This document shows, piece by piece, positions 35,563 to 50,764 of a stretch of DNA of 64,000 nt (its first letter is position 1; every line of letters starts with the position of its first letter). The position numbers and the translations under genes are program-made. Origin of the DNA: Yuukianura sp. NJ FZ-2021 (Eukaryota); NCBI GenBank assembly GCA_046563655.1, contig CM102289.1:1178001-1242000 (forward strand). Reading direction: 5' to 3'. The notes under the pieces are model-generated. The model was given only the letters and a program-made list of their open reading frames with translations, searched no databases and was not told the origin of the DNA.

Positions 35563-36452
35563 TCTGAAGAAGTTTTCCGTTTTGCTTAAAATTTTGTACT
35601 TTTTGTTACAGTGTTTGGCTTGTTATGTTGATCTCATAGAATAAGTACCAGAAAGTCAAGGTTCAAGACAAAAAAAATCCGTCGACTTTTTAAATAAATT
35701 TACTTAATGCATTATTGGAGCATGAAATGAAAATGTCGACTGTATATAAATGTGTACTTTGAATTAATCAAACACAAAATTGAACAAACACAAAAACATA
35801 AAATGCCAAAGTTTCAGCCCCAAGGTGAAGATTAGGTTACTAAAAATGTTGACATGCCATGTCGACTTTGTGAGTATATATTTTAAAATTGACTTTTGTT
35901 ATGTTTACGGGGCGGAACTTAATATTTTAAAAACTATTTCTACACGAAACGTAGACTTGTTAATATTTAATTTAAAATTGAGTTCGCGATGCTTACCGCA
36001 CCGATCACAACTTTTACTTCTACAATTTTATTCTACACGAAATGGTTAGTATAAATTTATAATTTGAAGGAATTCGAACACAACAAGCATTTAGCACGAA
36101 ATCCAAAACTTCGAACCTCGAGATGAAAGTCCAGTTTGATCAAAATTGGCTGACTTTAGTATTAAAAATTAGTTTTTTAATGCATTAGTATTGCATAAAG
36201 TAACTAAAATTTTCCAAATACTTCGAAGCCATGTAATGGTTCTAGCGCGGAGTCCTTGTTTCCAAAGTCTTATTCTATGTTCTAATCTCAATGAACTATC
36301 TCACTTTTAAGTAAATAAATAAAATGAGTATGACGAAAAAAATTTAATTTCTGAAAATGAAAATTTGCACGACATAATTCGACTTAAGTAAAACTTAGTT
36401 TCAATTAAACTTTTATTCAAGTTTTCAAAATATTTTTTAAATTGTAGGAACT

Positions 36453-38270
36453 TTATTTAAAAACTTTCCAAGATTCTAGCGGCATTTTTTGGAGTCTCAA
36501 AATCGTTGGTCTTCCCCATGCCAACCAGAGGAATCCAATGACAATGCAGACCACACTCTCCACATAGTAGCCATCAATCTTCACTAAACAAGGGTCGCTA
36601 GGAGGCGTTGTCATGGCGACCAAATTCAAATCAGATGAATTCGTTCCCGCCAAATCATAAATTGGATCAGATGTGCTTGGCATAGTTCCATTCAGCACAA
36701 AAGTCACATTAGCAGCACTTTTTTGTTCAATTGGTTTCCAGAATACGTCATGCACAAAACCCGCACAAGTGGTGACGTAAATTGCAACATAATCCACCAA
36801 CCACAAAGCCACCGTTTGAGTCCACATGCCTCCTACATTACTTATCGTATTGATCAGCGTCATATAAGTTCCACCAATCGCTGGATCGCTGATTTTTGCA
36901 GAAAATGCCATTCCCGACACAAACATCGTGTAGACTGGAATAAGATGAAGAGCAAACACTATAAACAGGATTGTGTAGTACATTGATGGTAGCTCTCCAT
37001 TTTCCATGAAAGATGGAGTCCATAGGATGACTATAGGAAAAACAAGCCCGAACATGATGTTAAACGGGACTGCGGTAATGTAAACTCCCATTGCATTTGA
37101 ACCCACTGTGTAGCGGGAAATTAAAATCGGAAGTAAGAGTTTAATTGGAATCAACGGAATTGAGAAAAACGCAACCCATTCTTTAGGAACTCCATTTTCA
37201 ACTAGTTTCAATCTCGCCATGGCATCAGTCGCTGCCCATCCAATTTTCACTGTGAGGTAGAACGCCATTAGGTACTGCACGTTACGCAGACGCAGGATTT
37301 TCCATAAATTTTTATAACTTGCAAAAATGTTCATGTGTTGCTCCGAAACAGCGGCGCATTCTTTTTCCTCTTTTTTGAAAATTAGGATTCCGGTGGTCGT
37401 TACAGCAAAAACGACGCCCCAGAAAAACAGAAATTGCGGTAACGTTACAAATCCGTAGTCGAGCGGTTCCGTTCGAAATTTGTTTGCAAAAGTTGGTGAA
37501 TTGAGTGCCAAAAATCCAGAGTAGCCCATCACTGCTCCTAGTGTCTGTCCAACGGCATTACAAGTTGCAGCATATCCAACGTTTTTTGGTTTCAACATTG
37601 TCAGTGCCCATCCGTCCACTGTGATGTCTTGCGTTGCGCACAAAAAATTTAGTATAAAAAACACAACTGTGATGGCCGTGACTTGAACAGAGTCTAAAAG
37701 AGCTTCGATCCGAAAAGTAAGGACAAACAGGAACAGAGCAATCAAATACTGGAGTGGAATCAACCAGCTTTTGCGTCTTCCAAATTTTTCGAAATAAAAT
37801 GAATCCACTATTGGGGCGTAAAGCACTTTTAGTCCAAATGGCCAACCAGCGATACTGAACTGCGCCTGCTCTTTGTACGGCACGTTTCTTGTTTGGAGCA
37901 AAAACGGAATTGTGGACATGATTCCTAGTGGAATGCCCTGTAGAATGTAGAGCAAAAACAAAAGAAAGATTGATGGCAAATCTTCTCTAAAATTTGCTTT
38001 TTGCACATGCGTTGATGCTGGTTCTTGCTTTTCCTTGTCACAAACAGTCCCACTTCCAAAAGCTGGATTTGAATTCCTGATGCCATTTTTGCACTGAGAA
38101 TCTTCGGATTCTGTACAACCCATAATGGCAGAAAACTGTGAATTTTGAACTAAAGATTTTGGGGTTTCCAATGTTGGGTACAAATTTTCAACTGGCGTCG
38201 TTGCCATTGGTGGCTCAAGGTCGGACTCAACAGAGGCAAAAGACTTGAGCTCAATTGGTTTGGATTTCAT
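36453..38270 (-). CDS. SLC33A1: Acetyl-CoA transporter 1 (MFS), intronless, 605 aa
   Basis: LYILQGIPLG, WPFGLKVLYAPIVDS, FGRRKSWLIPLQY, ATQDITVDGWALTML and ISDPAIGGTYMTLINT. Confidence 0.95.
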   Translation of the reverse strand: MKSKPIELKSFASVESDLEPPMATTPVENLYPTLETPKSLVQNSQFSAIMGCTESEDSQCKNGIRNSNPAFGSGTVCDKEKQEPASTHVQKANFREDLPSIFLLFLLYILQGIPLGIMSTIPFLLQTRNVPYKEQAQFSIAGWPFGLKVLYAPIVDSFYFEKFGRRKSWLIPLQYLIALFLFVLTFRIEALLDSVQVTAITVVFFILNFLCATQDITVDGWALTMLKPKNVGYAATCNAVGQTLGAVMGYSGFLALNSPTFANKFRTEPLDYGFVTLPQFLFFWGVVFAVTTTGILIFKKEEKECAAVSEQHMNIFASYKNLWKILRLRNVQYLMAFYLTVKIGWAATDAMARLKLVENGVPKEWVAFFSIPLIPIKLLLPILISRYTVGSNAMGVYITAVPFNIMFGLVFPIVILWTPSFMENGELPSMYYTILFIVFALHLIPVYTMFVSGMAFSAKISDPAIGGTYMTLINTISNVGGMWTQTVALWLVDYVAIYVTTCAGFVHDVFWKPIEQKSAANVTFVLNGTMPSTSDPIYDLAGTNSSDLNLVAMTTPPSDPCLVKIDGYYVESVVCIVIGFLWLAWGRPTILRLQKMPLESWKVFK

Positions 38271-39378
38271 GATGAATTTATGAATTATTCAAAAGTTGCA
38301 CAAGAACAACAACCACAACACTTGTAGCCTTGCAGATCCTTAAAATGTGCCAAACACAACAACAATTGGGGTTTGAAGTTTTGTAAAACTTTACACAGTT
38401 TGAGGCTGCTAAAATTTACTTCTGAAGTGTTTATTTTAAGTTAAGCAGAGAAACATAACCTGAATTTTGGTTGTTTAAGATATGAAATTGAAACGAGAAA
38501 CTACAAATTGAACAAGACTGATAAAATTGAAGTAGTTTGAAGCAGGATTTTGAAAGGTTGAACGTAACTGAAACCAAGTTTAGGAAATGACGGAAGATAG
38601 TTAGAGTCGTGTCTAACAATAGTTAAACTAACATTAACTTTTCCTTCCTAGTCAAACAATAGACTATATCAAGAGTCTACAGAGATATGGAAACTATAAT
38701 TTTGAAATGGAAAATAGTTAACAATGAAAGTGTCCTCTTGAGCGTGCTTATTTTGAACCATCCTTGAAAATTCTATCCTTTCCAAGTATTTCAGAAATAG
38801 ACAGAAACATAAAACCTTCAACCTAAACACGCAATTTCTTGTTCAGACAAAATCCAAATTACGATGAAAACTGATTTTGGAATAATTCAGTCTAAATATG
38901 GCAAATTGAACAGAAAAACTGTATATTCCTAGAAACTTATTTCCAACTTCTTAATCAACGACGAATAACAGTGTTTTTTTTTTTAATTTTATTTGCACCT
39001 ATTTATGTTACAACTTTTACTATTACAATTTGTAGTAATTAACAATTCCTATGAAAGTGTTTAAAATAATCTATCGAACGAGTAGGTGTTTTAAACAGAT
39101 TTTTTCAATTTCTTAAAATAAGTTTTCAAGAACGTAAGGGATGTTGGATGTACAGTAAAACTGCACAAAAGCCAAATTGAAAAAGTGATCACTCGCATTT
39201 CAAAGGCGAAAACAAAAGGAGAGTTTGCTTCTAAATGTTTGGTTTATGAGAAATGTTGACTGTGAATTTTTAAATTACATTAACTCCAACAGTCACTGTG
39301 CAGTTTCTACATTTACAATTAATTAACGGTAGCAGTATTAAAAATTTATTAAACTACACCAACACGGTTCCAAGCAAG

Positions 39379-41713
39379 TTATAGCTCCGAATCACTTAAA
39401 ATGACAATTTTTATCCTTCCACTTTTTACGTGGACGATAAAGGTATAAATCGGCGTTCTCATCTCGAAAATCAATACCAAAGTACTCACACCCAGGCAAC
39501 AGAGGATCAAATAAAAACAAGTTGTAATATTTCCTGACAAATTTAATTTTTTAGGTTTTCGCGTCTTTGCCTTTGTTTTCGCGTAAGCATTCAACAATTC
39601 GTCGTGTGTGTTTGGCCTAGTGATAGGGAACCATTTTTCCCACAAACCATAAATTCCAGATTGCATTAATTGCTGCAATCTTTGGTATTGATGCTGCTCT
39701 TTTATCATATACCCTTCAACATATTTGCTAAATGGTTCCGTTCCTTTACGAAAGTGTACCACTTTATTTCCAACAGAGTCCCATCCTGTCCGCTTCACTC
39801 TAGTTGCATAGTAAGCTAAAAATATATTTAAAGTTGACTCCGGTGCCATCAAGGCCGTTTTGGTACAAATTGAAAGAATTTGGGAAAGTCTTTGAAGTGT
39901 ATTGTCGACGTCTAAGAAATTTGGGATGTTGTACAACGCGTGGAGATCAGCAATTATGACTTCCGATGGATATTTGCGTGTTACAGAAGCGCCATCAGAG
40001 AAAAGTTTGCTTATTTGTGTCTGGTTAACATATTTGTAAGAACCACCGCAATGGAAAGCTTGAACTTTCTTATTGACAACAACTTCTGGACTAGGCATGC
40101 ATGTAAAACTACGTGATCTGACAAAATCCCGTATTCGCCCAAGAGCAGCGTTTCCACATATCCCAACTGGACAAAGAGATGAATCAAAGAGAACTTGTGG
40201 AATACGAGCATTCCACATGAGAATGAGACTATCTCTGCATGCACAAAAAAAAGCGGCATGAGTTCGTGCACGAGAACGCTAGACGCATTTGAAAAAATAG
40301 CGCTGTCCTGCTTACTATATTTCTCTTCACCAACGTTATCCGTAAATACGACAAAGTTGTCCAGCTGGTTGAACGTTTTGTATGTGTGTCTAATGGGTTT
40401 CTTAGCAGTTAAATGCGAAACAACTACTCCCTTGTATCCAGTTGTCAGAATCACAGTCAACAAAAACCACAAACTAAGTACACATAGTATGCAATTTCTG
40501 CTAATGTTTTGTCGTAGTTGATAGGAATTTTCAACCAGACTTCCGAAAAATATTAATAAAATGTCTGAGTAGAACAAATTTTGAGATGTTGTAATCAGTG
40601 ATTGGACCCGAACTACCAAAGTAACAAAACATATCAGCAAAACTCCAGTTGCAAATATTGAACCCCAAGAATACTTATCGTACGGCTTTGTATAAATTTC
40701 AAAAGTGACAATATCACTTGTTCCGTCGCAAGTTAAGAAAGTTATCGTCTCGTATTTAATTGGGAAAAAGGTAAAATCGTTTTGATCCATAACAGGAGTA
40801 CCCAACGACAGTCCATAACTTTGCACTCGTGAATCGATTTCTTGTGCAAGCTTCTCTGGGTTAGACGTAACAAAACTTCCCTGTTTGTAATGTAAAACTA
40901 AATCAATGTACGCATGAAAATCAAACCATTTCTTTACAAGTTCATGCGATTTGAAAGGGTTTAGGATTTTGTCGACGGCTATTTTACCCTCAGTTTTTTT
41001 CCGCGAGGAAAGTAGTGCCTATTTCTTGTATCTGCCTCAACAGTTGTTGTCATTTGTCGAAATTGGTTCTGACCCAGTGCTTGCGTTGTGTTCATCAAGC
41101 GCCATTCACACATCCAGTAATTTTGACCACGTATTTTGGCGTAAAATAATATTCTGGAAATGCGAAATTTTTTGTTTTCCCCAGTTTCAATTGAAGTTAA
41201 ATTATGATAAAACACAAACACAAGGGGAAACCACTGTAGCATGCCAATATTAACACTTTTGGTAGGCTTTCGATGAATAATATGAATTGAGATACACCGA
41301 GTTCTCAAATACTTAAATGTTGGAGTGCGTCGATTAATGAAGTAACTAGATGCATCTTCATACAGATAAACCACATCTCCATAAACAGTCTTTGGAAATA
41401 CGAGAAAAATTTCAAAATAGTTGAGTTTGTTACTGGAAATGTTCAAGTATTTTACAACATCTAGTTCATCAAATGGAGGTGCGCAAATCCTGTTTCTCTG
41501 ACACATGTAATACAACTTTATTGGAACTTCAATATTTGAAGTAATTTGGAATTGATGATTTTCAGCAATTATCAAATTGTCACTGTGTGGAAACTGATTT
41601 ATCAATTGATGCAGATTCACAATGTATTTCGTGGGGTGCGATGTCTCCGACCTGGCTGAAATTTGCAAAATGAGTGCCATGATCACCAAAAGCCTTAACC
41701 AAAAAGAACCCAT
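39379..41713 (-). pseudogene. Intronless IR-like gene broken by two homopolymer frameshifts (possibly assembly errors)
   Basis: Three ORF pieces collinear with 33136-35562. The shifts lie in T7 (40994-41000) and A8 (40245-40252), and each is repaired by adding one base. Confidence 0.75.
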
Positions 41714-41850
41714 ATTTATAACTTTGGTTTCTGTGTAAACAGAACTTTTGTGCTTATTGTATCGAAGATTTAATTATAGTGGTTGGCTTGTTTACATGAA
41801 CACGTTTGAAGACTCAACTTTCATAAATGGACAAATTTGTAGTTAAAATA

Positions 41851-42239
41851 AACTTCTTGCAAAGAGGATGTAAATAAGTATCGTCAGATCAATTATAGAG
41901 AGTTCCCGCGCCGGATATTTTTGACCTTTAGAAATTGGCGGCTTTTGAACTTGGCTGTTTTAGGATTGGCGGCTAAGGAATTGGTGGCTTTAGAAATTGG
42001 CCGATTTAGGATTGGCCGGAATTTGGCCACCTCCGGTCAAACAAGAACCCGATTAGTCACCCCTGTACCATGCGAAGTTCATCTGCGCAGACAGGTTAAA
42101 AATCGGTTCAGTGGTTCCGGAGAAGTTGTGGCTAGTATACATTCGGACGGACAGACGGACAGACGGACGGACAGACGGACGGACAGACGGACAGACGGAC
42201 GGCCATTACGATCCCTAAAAGTATCTGACGATACTTAAT
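41851..42239 (-). mobile_element. Second DINE-1/HINE-like Helentron derivative
   Basis: 14-bp inverted repeats AAGTATCGTCAGAT (41876-41889) and ATCTGACGATACTT (42223-42236). Terminal palindrome AAGTATC-TGAC-GATACTT, GGAC/AGAC microsatellite at 42144-42202, and central ~15-bp repeats. Confidence 0.75.
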
Positions 42240-42619
42240 AAATTTGTCCAATATACATGATTACATAAAATGCAAATAAATGTTTTAAACAGGCCGACGT
42301 CATTCAATGACCAAGGGGCGGAACTTTTATTTCTAAAACTCTGTTCTAACACGAAATGTCAACTTTTTTAATATATAATTTACTTTAAGTTCGAAAACTG
42401 AAAGCATTTAGCACGAAATGTAAAACCTTTGCTAACCAAAAAGTAGATACATTTTTTTAAGTTTAAATGAAATAAGTTATGTTCCTAGCCAACAACAGAC
42501 ATTACCTTCCTGCTGTAAACCCAGGACTCGTATTTTCATAACGAAAGAAAGCCTGCAAATTTCAGGTTTTCAAATTTTAAAATATCGTCTACTTCCTAGC
42601 TCATAAAAACTACATTTCA

Positions 42620-43860
42620 TCATACCTGTATCACAAACGATGATTTTACTTCATAAAGAAATGCCAAACTACCTAAATCCAAGCTACACAAAAGCATGTA
42701 GAAGGTAGTAACTATATGTATCTTGTTCAATTTAGTTTTTTGGGAGCATGTTTTCATGATCTCGTTTTTTCATATTGCCTCAAAATTTTTTCACTTTCAG
42801 TAGGTCTAGTAATGGGAGTCCACTTTTCCCACAAATGAGCATGTCAAGTACTTACGCCATCGCAAGTCATGAAATTTAAATTTTCCATTTTGGTAGGAAC
42901 AAAATGGTATTGAGCAATTGCTGGCGCTTGTAAATCCCAAGCACTTTTTTCATTGACGAAAATCCACAATTTGGGATATTCCGATTTACCGGAAAACTCT
43001 TCAGCGTAAACAAAAATTTCTCCTAAATGAAAGTCAACGTAATCATGGAGTGAAAGAGATTTTGGAGTAAATTGGTGCGGTTTGAAGGGATTTAAAAACT
43101 TGACTACTTCTATTCTTGCATGCCCTGATTCACTTGCGTTAAGCGAATTAGACACATGAGAATAGAACCATATATTTTTTCCAAATTTCGTCGCATTTGG
43201 AACCATTTGTTTAAAGCGATTCAGCAAAAGTGCTCCAGTTGTGTTCATTGAGGTTGATATGACGGGTTTGCCATACAACAACGATATAGCGGCAATTTCA
43301 AATTCAGTTTTACCGTCATTTTGTGAATGTTGAGAGTATTCAAGTTTGTGAAAAAACATAAATCTATAATGGACGTCTGTTACTAATGGAGTAATTGTAA
43401 ATTTAATGGATTCGTTGCTATGGAAAACATGAAATGAAACGCCATACAACCTGAGTACATTACCAGACTCAGATTCAAAGCCGTAGTTTGATTTGAAACA
43501 AGATTTAAATTTTCCTTCATATTCTAGCTTTTTGAAAACACTGTTTGGAAATATAAGAAAAACTTACAAGTTTTGTAATTTTTTGGTACTGATGTGCTTG
43601 CTATACATTTCATTGAAGTTGCTATAAATACCTTCGCAGTTTCCATGTGTGTGCCACAAGTAGTACAATTTGATGGGAGCTGCAAAACTTGCAGTAATTT
43701 TAAATTGAAGATTTTAAGCAATTATCAAATTGTCACCATGTGGAAACTGGTTTATCAGTTTATGCAGATTTACAATGTGTCAGATTGTGTTCGATTCCTC
43801 TAAACTTGCTGGTACAAGTAAACTCACACCTATTTTCACTAAAAACCCAAAGCGGAACAT
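42620..43860 (-). pseudogene. Decayed intronless IR-like gene with internal deletion
   Basis: MFRFGFLVKI...NLHKLINQFPHGDNLIIA* with in-frame stops. After FMTCDGVS it jumps to LWEKWTPITRPT...TTFYMLLC, so TM1, TM2 and most of S2 are missing. Confidence 0.85.
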
Positions 43861-44421
43861 TATATTTATAAGACGCAACTGTCAACTTTTGGAATTTATC
43901 ACAATTTTCTCGAAGTTTCGCTTTAAAAGGGGAAAGAAAAATTTGAATAAAATTTAGCACCAAAATCTAAAAAAATTTTAAAAAGCATTCCTAGCAAATA
44001 GAATAAATGTCAAATTTGTTCAAACGCCCAGTCATCACCCAAGAAAAAATTTACGAAAACTGAATAAAAAATTTAAAAGCGTCAAACAAAAATTTTGCTA
44101 TACACGAAATGTCGAATCTCTTTATATACATAATTTAAACTAAACTTCCAAGGACTAAAGTTTAACCACGAAATGTGAAACTGCTGCTTATCGAAAAAAA
44201 GCACAGAACTTATATACATATATATTTTACAAAATAAAATTTTTTTCACATTTTATTACAATTCTGCCATAACGACGAGACTACATTTTGGAAATTAAAA
44301 TAATATGGATGGTAAGAAAACACAGGCAATCTACTTGACCATGGAAAACTGCAAGCAAAATTAAAATATTTAATATTTTTTAACACATTTCGAATTCGAA
44401 TTCGAGTTCAATGTTCGACTT

Positions 44422-46809
44422 TCACATTTCACGAGTTTCACATTTCACGAGTTTCAAAGATGGAATGGGAGAAACTTTAGTTTTCCAAAATTTGAAATTT
44501 TGTAAAGCATAGCATAGTAGGTGATAGTGTTTGGTTATAAGTCGGGCTATGTATAAATACACCATAAATTTTACTTCATATACAAAAGATAAACAACATG
44601 CACCCAAACATCCCACCATAAGATAGAAACATGTAATGGCATTCCCTGACAATTTTAATTTTTTTGGTAAACTTTGAAACCATTTTGTTTTTAAATTTTT
44701 GCGCATTACAGTGTCTTGTTCCGTTGGCGTCCGCACTGGTTGCCATCTCTCCCACAACTGAAATATTCCAGACTGAACAATTACTTGCATCCTAATGTAA
44801 GAATACTCACATTCTGAATTGAATCCTTCTGTAAATGTACCGAATTCTTCCGTTCCTACGCGATACTGTACCTTCTTAAATTCTGATTCTGCACTTTCCA
44901 ACTCTAAACGTAGGAGTTCATTTTCATAGTGTGCTAGAAATCCATCCACTGTTGATTTGAATCCAAGTAGAGCCGTTTTTGAACAAAAAGACAACAGTTG
45001 TGATTGTTTCGTAAATGTGCAATTGAAATTAATTAACTTATTTGACCCAAAACATTCAATTTCGGCAGCAATAAAGTATCGAGGGAGTTTACAGATTGTG
45101 GTCATTCCATGTACACGAGCGGTATCGCTTTTAAGTGTTGGTAGGAAATATTCCTCAAACTTGTTGCAGCTTTCGGTAAGACCATCATCAAAATTTGAAC
45201 AATTAAAATCGGATTTGCTCAAGTCAACAAGTTGTTTCATTCCAACGTTGCTGGAAACTGAAATTCCGTGGGCATGCAAGGGCTTACTAATGTCGTCCCA
45301 GTAGTCAGGGGGGCAGTTGCATGCAAATCCCTTTTTAAGTTCTTCTACATGAAGTGTATAAGTGTCGTAATGAAAATTCCGAGACCTTTGAAAGCTCACA
45401 AAATCATGTATATCATCGCGTAGCAACAGCACAAAGTTCTCCAACTGCTTAACACTGTGATATGTTTGTGTAACGGGCTTTGGCGTAGTTAAATACGCAA
45501 CGACAATACCTTTGTAAGCATTTGTTAAAACAACAGTCATCATAAACCATAGACTAATTACAAAAAGTCTCCGATTTCTTGCTATGGTTTGTTGCGGTTC
45601 ACAACAAATTTCTAATAGACTTGCGTAAAATAACAAAATATAGTCTAAACAAATGTAAGCTAAAATTTTAAAATCATAAGGCTTTGGTATTTGGGTAAAA
45701 ACGATAACACAAGCTAAGCATATCAAAAAACATCCAAATACAAGGGCTGTAATCCACGAGTAATTGTCATATGGTTTTGTGTAAATTTCGAAACTTAAAA
45801 TGTCATTTGTTCCATCACAAGTTAAAAAATTTATCGGTTTCGTTATAAGGGGAACATGGAGTAATAGGAACGAATCCCTAAAACGAAAAGACTGTCGCAT
45901 TTTTGTCTCCATTTTCATGTTCACCTCATCTTCAGGGTTCGAAATTTTTGAAATTTCTGTTTCAATAATAAACAATTGAGATTTTTCGTTTACGAGCAAC
46001 ATAATGTATTGTTCCAACTCGAGAGCGGATCCATTGTATAACGGCTTGAATGGATTTAAGGTTAAGCGCGATTCTAATTTTACAAATATTTTGTCATAGT
46101 CGGATTCACTTGGGTAGTAGTATAGACTATCCGTAACTATGGCAATATTTAACATCATTTGTGGGAAATGGTTGAGTGAAAGTGCCTCTGTAGCATTGAT
46201 TGAGTAGTTTCGAAGGTTAGAGTAAAATGAAATTTCAGAAATAGCGAAGTTTTGGATTGTGAGATTTTTTAAAATTGGATGTTGAGGAGTTACTTTGTAG
46301 TAAAAAAATTTGCTTGTATATAGCATGCCTTCACGTAGCATTGTTCTTGTAGGAATCGCGTCAAAACATTCATTGCAGTGAATAACATGAATGAAATAGC
46401 CTGTTTCTGCATCATTATTTTGATTCATTTCAAAACAAGAGCCAAATGGCCCCGCGTATCTCGTGTGTCCAAAAATAGTTTTGGGAAACAAAACGAAAAT
46501 TTGAACGTAGTTTAGTCTAAAGTGTCCAGGGTGTTCCATTCTATGTTTATTAAGGTCTCCATCACTTTCACATTGTACATTCCCACGTTGCATGTAATAC
46601 ACCTTTACTGGAACTTTAAAACTTGAACTAATTTCAGGTTCACGATGGTTTTCAGCAATTATGAGATTGTCACTACGTGGAAACTGATTTATAAGCTGAT
46701 CTAGGTTTGAAATGTGAAAACTTTGTTTCAATTGAGTAGAATTTGCTGGTAAAACGACAGGTTGTAACAAAACAACATTGGCCAAAAACTTTAACAAAAA
46801 ATTCGCCAT
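44422..46809 (-). CDS. Intronless IR-like chemoreceptor, 795 aa
   Basis: NLDQLINQFPRSDNLII, FLTCDG, YTKPYDNYSW, LTNAYKGIVVAYLT, VQSGIFQLW and TM3. Confidence 0.82.
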   Translation of the reverse strand: MANFLLKFLANVVLLQPVVLPANSTQLKQSFHISNLDQLINQFPRSDNLIIAENHREPEISSSFKVPVKVYYMQRGNVQCESDGDLNKHRMEHPGHFRLNYVQIFVLFPKTIFGHTRYAGPFGSCFEMNQNNDAETGYFIHVIHCNECFDAIPTRTMLREGMLYTSKFFYYKVTPQHPILKNLTIQNFAISEISFYSNLRNYSINATEALSLNHFPQMMLNIAIVTDSLYYYPSESDYDKIFVKLESRLTLNPFKPLYNGSALELEQYIMLLVNEKSQLFIIETEISKISNPEDEVNMKMETKMRQSFRFRDSFLLLHVPLITKPINFLTCDGTNDILSFEIYTKPYDNYSWITALVFGCFLICLACVIVFTQIPKPYDFKILAYICLDYILLFYASLLEICCEPQQTIARNRRLFVISLWFMMTVVLTNAYKGIVVAYLTTPKPVTQTYHSVKQLENFVLLLRDDIHDFVSFQRSRNFHYDTYTLHVEELKKGFACNCPPDYWDDISKPLHAHGISVSSNVGMKQLVDLSKSDFNCSNFDDGLTESCNKFEEYFLPTLKSDTARVHGMTTICKLPRYFIAAEIECFGSNKLINFNCTFTKQSQLLSFCSKTALLGFKSTVDGFLAHYENELLRLELESAESEFKKVQYRVGTEEFGTFTEGFNSECEYSYIRMQVIVQSGIFQLWERWQPVRTPTEQDTVMRKNLKTKWFQSLPKKLKLSGNAITCFYLMVGCLGACCLSFVYEVKFMVYLYIARLITKHYHLLCYALQNFKFWKTKVSPIPSLKLVKCETREM

Positions 46810-47080
46810 GATTTAAAGTATAGGCTCTGTTTCCTGTAACTAGTGGGAACCAGCAGTGGCGAAAAACAAAGTTGGTCAAAAAAAGTAGTTTAATGGCGTG
46901 TTTTGTATAAAAATTAATTTGTTTGATCCATTTTAAATTTTGAGAATAAATAAAATTTGAAACATTCGTTCTTGCACGACATGAAAAAAGTGAAGCCTTT
47001 TTCATTTCCACAAGTTTCATTGATTACGACATGAAAACTTTACTATCATGAAAACTCGTCTTAATCTAGAACAAAATGTA

Positions 47081-47765
47081 CAGTGTTGTTCAGCGAAAAG
47101 TAGACACCCCAAAATCGTTTCCATGGCCAGGTGGTGGAAAAAATGCCTTAGCGACCACAACCGATTCTTGAGTTGTTTACAATTTCACTCGCAGTGACGT
47201 CACCCCGAGTGAAAATACAGGGTTGTCCGCGTTTTTAAGCTATCTTTAAGTTAGCAGCGAAAGTTTTAAGGCTAAAATGATGAAAATGTTTGGCAGCACT
47301 GTACATGCCATGACCGGGAATTATAAAATTCCCCCAGCAACCGCATTTTGAAAAAACGATTTTAAGCGACCGTACCTACTAGTATTCTATTTATCTTGGG
47401 TCCATCCGAGTTTTTAAGCTATTTATGAGTTTGCGGCGAAAGTATTGAGACTAAAATGATGAAAATGTTGAACAGCACTGTAAATGAGTGAACTCGGAGT
47501 GAATAAAATCCCATAGCAACTCGGTTTTGAAAAAACAATTTTAAGGGACCATGCCTATAAGTATTCTATTTGCCTTGTTCCATGGCATTTTTTTTAAATC
47601 TTGCATTTTTTGGGGGGAGATTGAGATCAAAAAAACGAAATACGTTTAGATGAATTTATATTGCGCAGAGTATTTTTTTTCAATTTGGTACCCATTACCC
47701 GCACAGTTTTGAAAATAAACAAACTTTTGAGTTTGTTGGTGTCTACTATTCGCTGAACAACACTG
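47081..47765. mobile_element. Tc1/mariner-type MITE (TA TSD) with an internal ~180-bp tandem duplication
   Basis: TIR CAGTGTTGTTCAGCGAAWAGTAGACACC at both ends, flanked by TA. Repeats at about 47222-47400 and 47403-47582. Confidence 0.9.
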
Positions 47766-47791
47766 TATAGTAATCCATGCATACTAATTAG

Positions 47792-50122
<2,331 letters not shown>

Positions 50123-50764
50123 CCTGAATTTGGTCAATCGACGGTTTACAAAACTATGCTTTTTCGATCTTCAGAATTTTGACTTTATTTCATCCGATTG
50201 TTAACTTAAATTAGCAATAAAAATCGATTTTTTAGGTTAAAAAAAAATTTCTAACTGATTCTGATAATTTCAAAAGAGTTTTTTGGAAAAAAAAAGTGTT
50301 TGATGCACTGGAATGAAAAATCTCAGAGTTTCTGATACGAACGAAATCATTGAAATCACTTTTTAAATCTTGGTGGTTAACTAAATTGACCTTCTCAATT
50401 GTAAAGTGCTTACGATGATTCACGTTGGTGAAGTGCTTAACAAGCTGCTCAAAATCTGATACCAAGGCCGAAAACAATAAATCTCTTTTGCTCTCTTTTG
50501 GTTTGCAATGAAAAATTTCCTGTTGACTTAGAACTTACGTTAGTCTGTTACGATTTTCCTTAAGTGATAAAAACTGCGTCAACTCCTGACGTAAAGGAAG
50601 AACATTTGAATTTCCTACTTGATTAGTGTCTAGTTTCTCCAAATTTATTTTTACAAAAAGCATCATCAGCTTTAACGGATTATGAAATTTTCGTTTTAAG
50701 TCAACAAATTTAAAATGACTGAAAAAAATATTGGCTGGCTGTTTTAAAAAATACTCAAAACATG

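Noticed and set aside
36453..38270. SLC33A1 as a retrocopy or bacterial AmpG transfer
   Set aside because: The motifs are of the eukaryotic SLC33A1 type. No poly(A) tail or TSD was seen, and lack of introns alone is insufficient.
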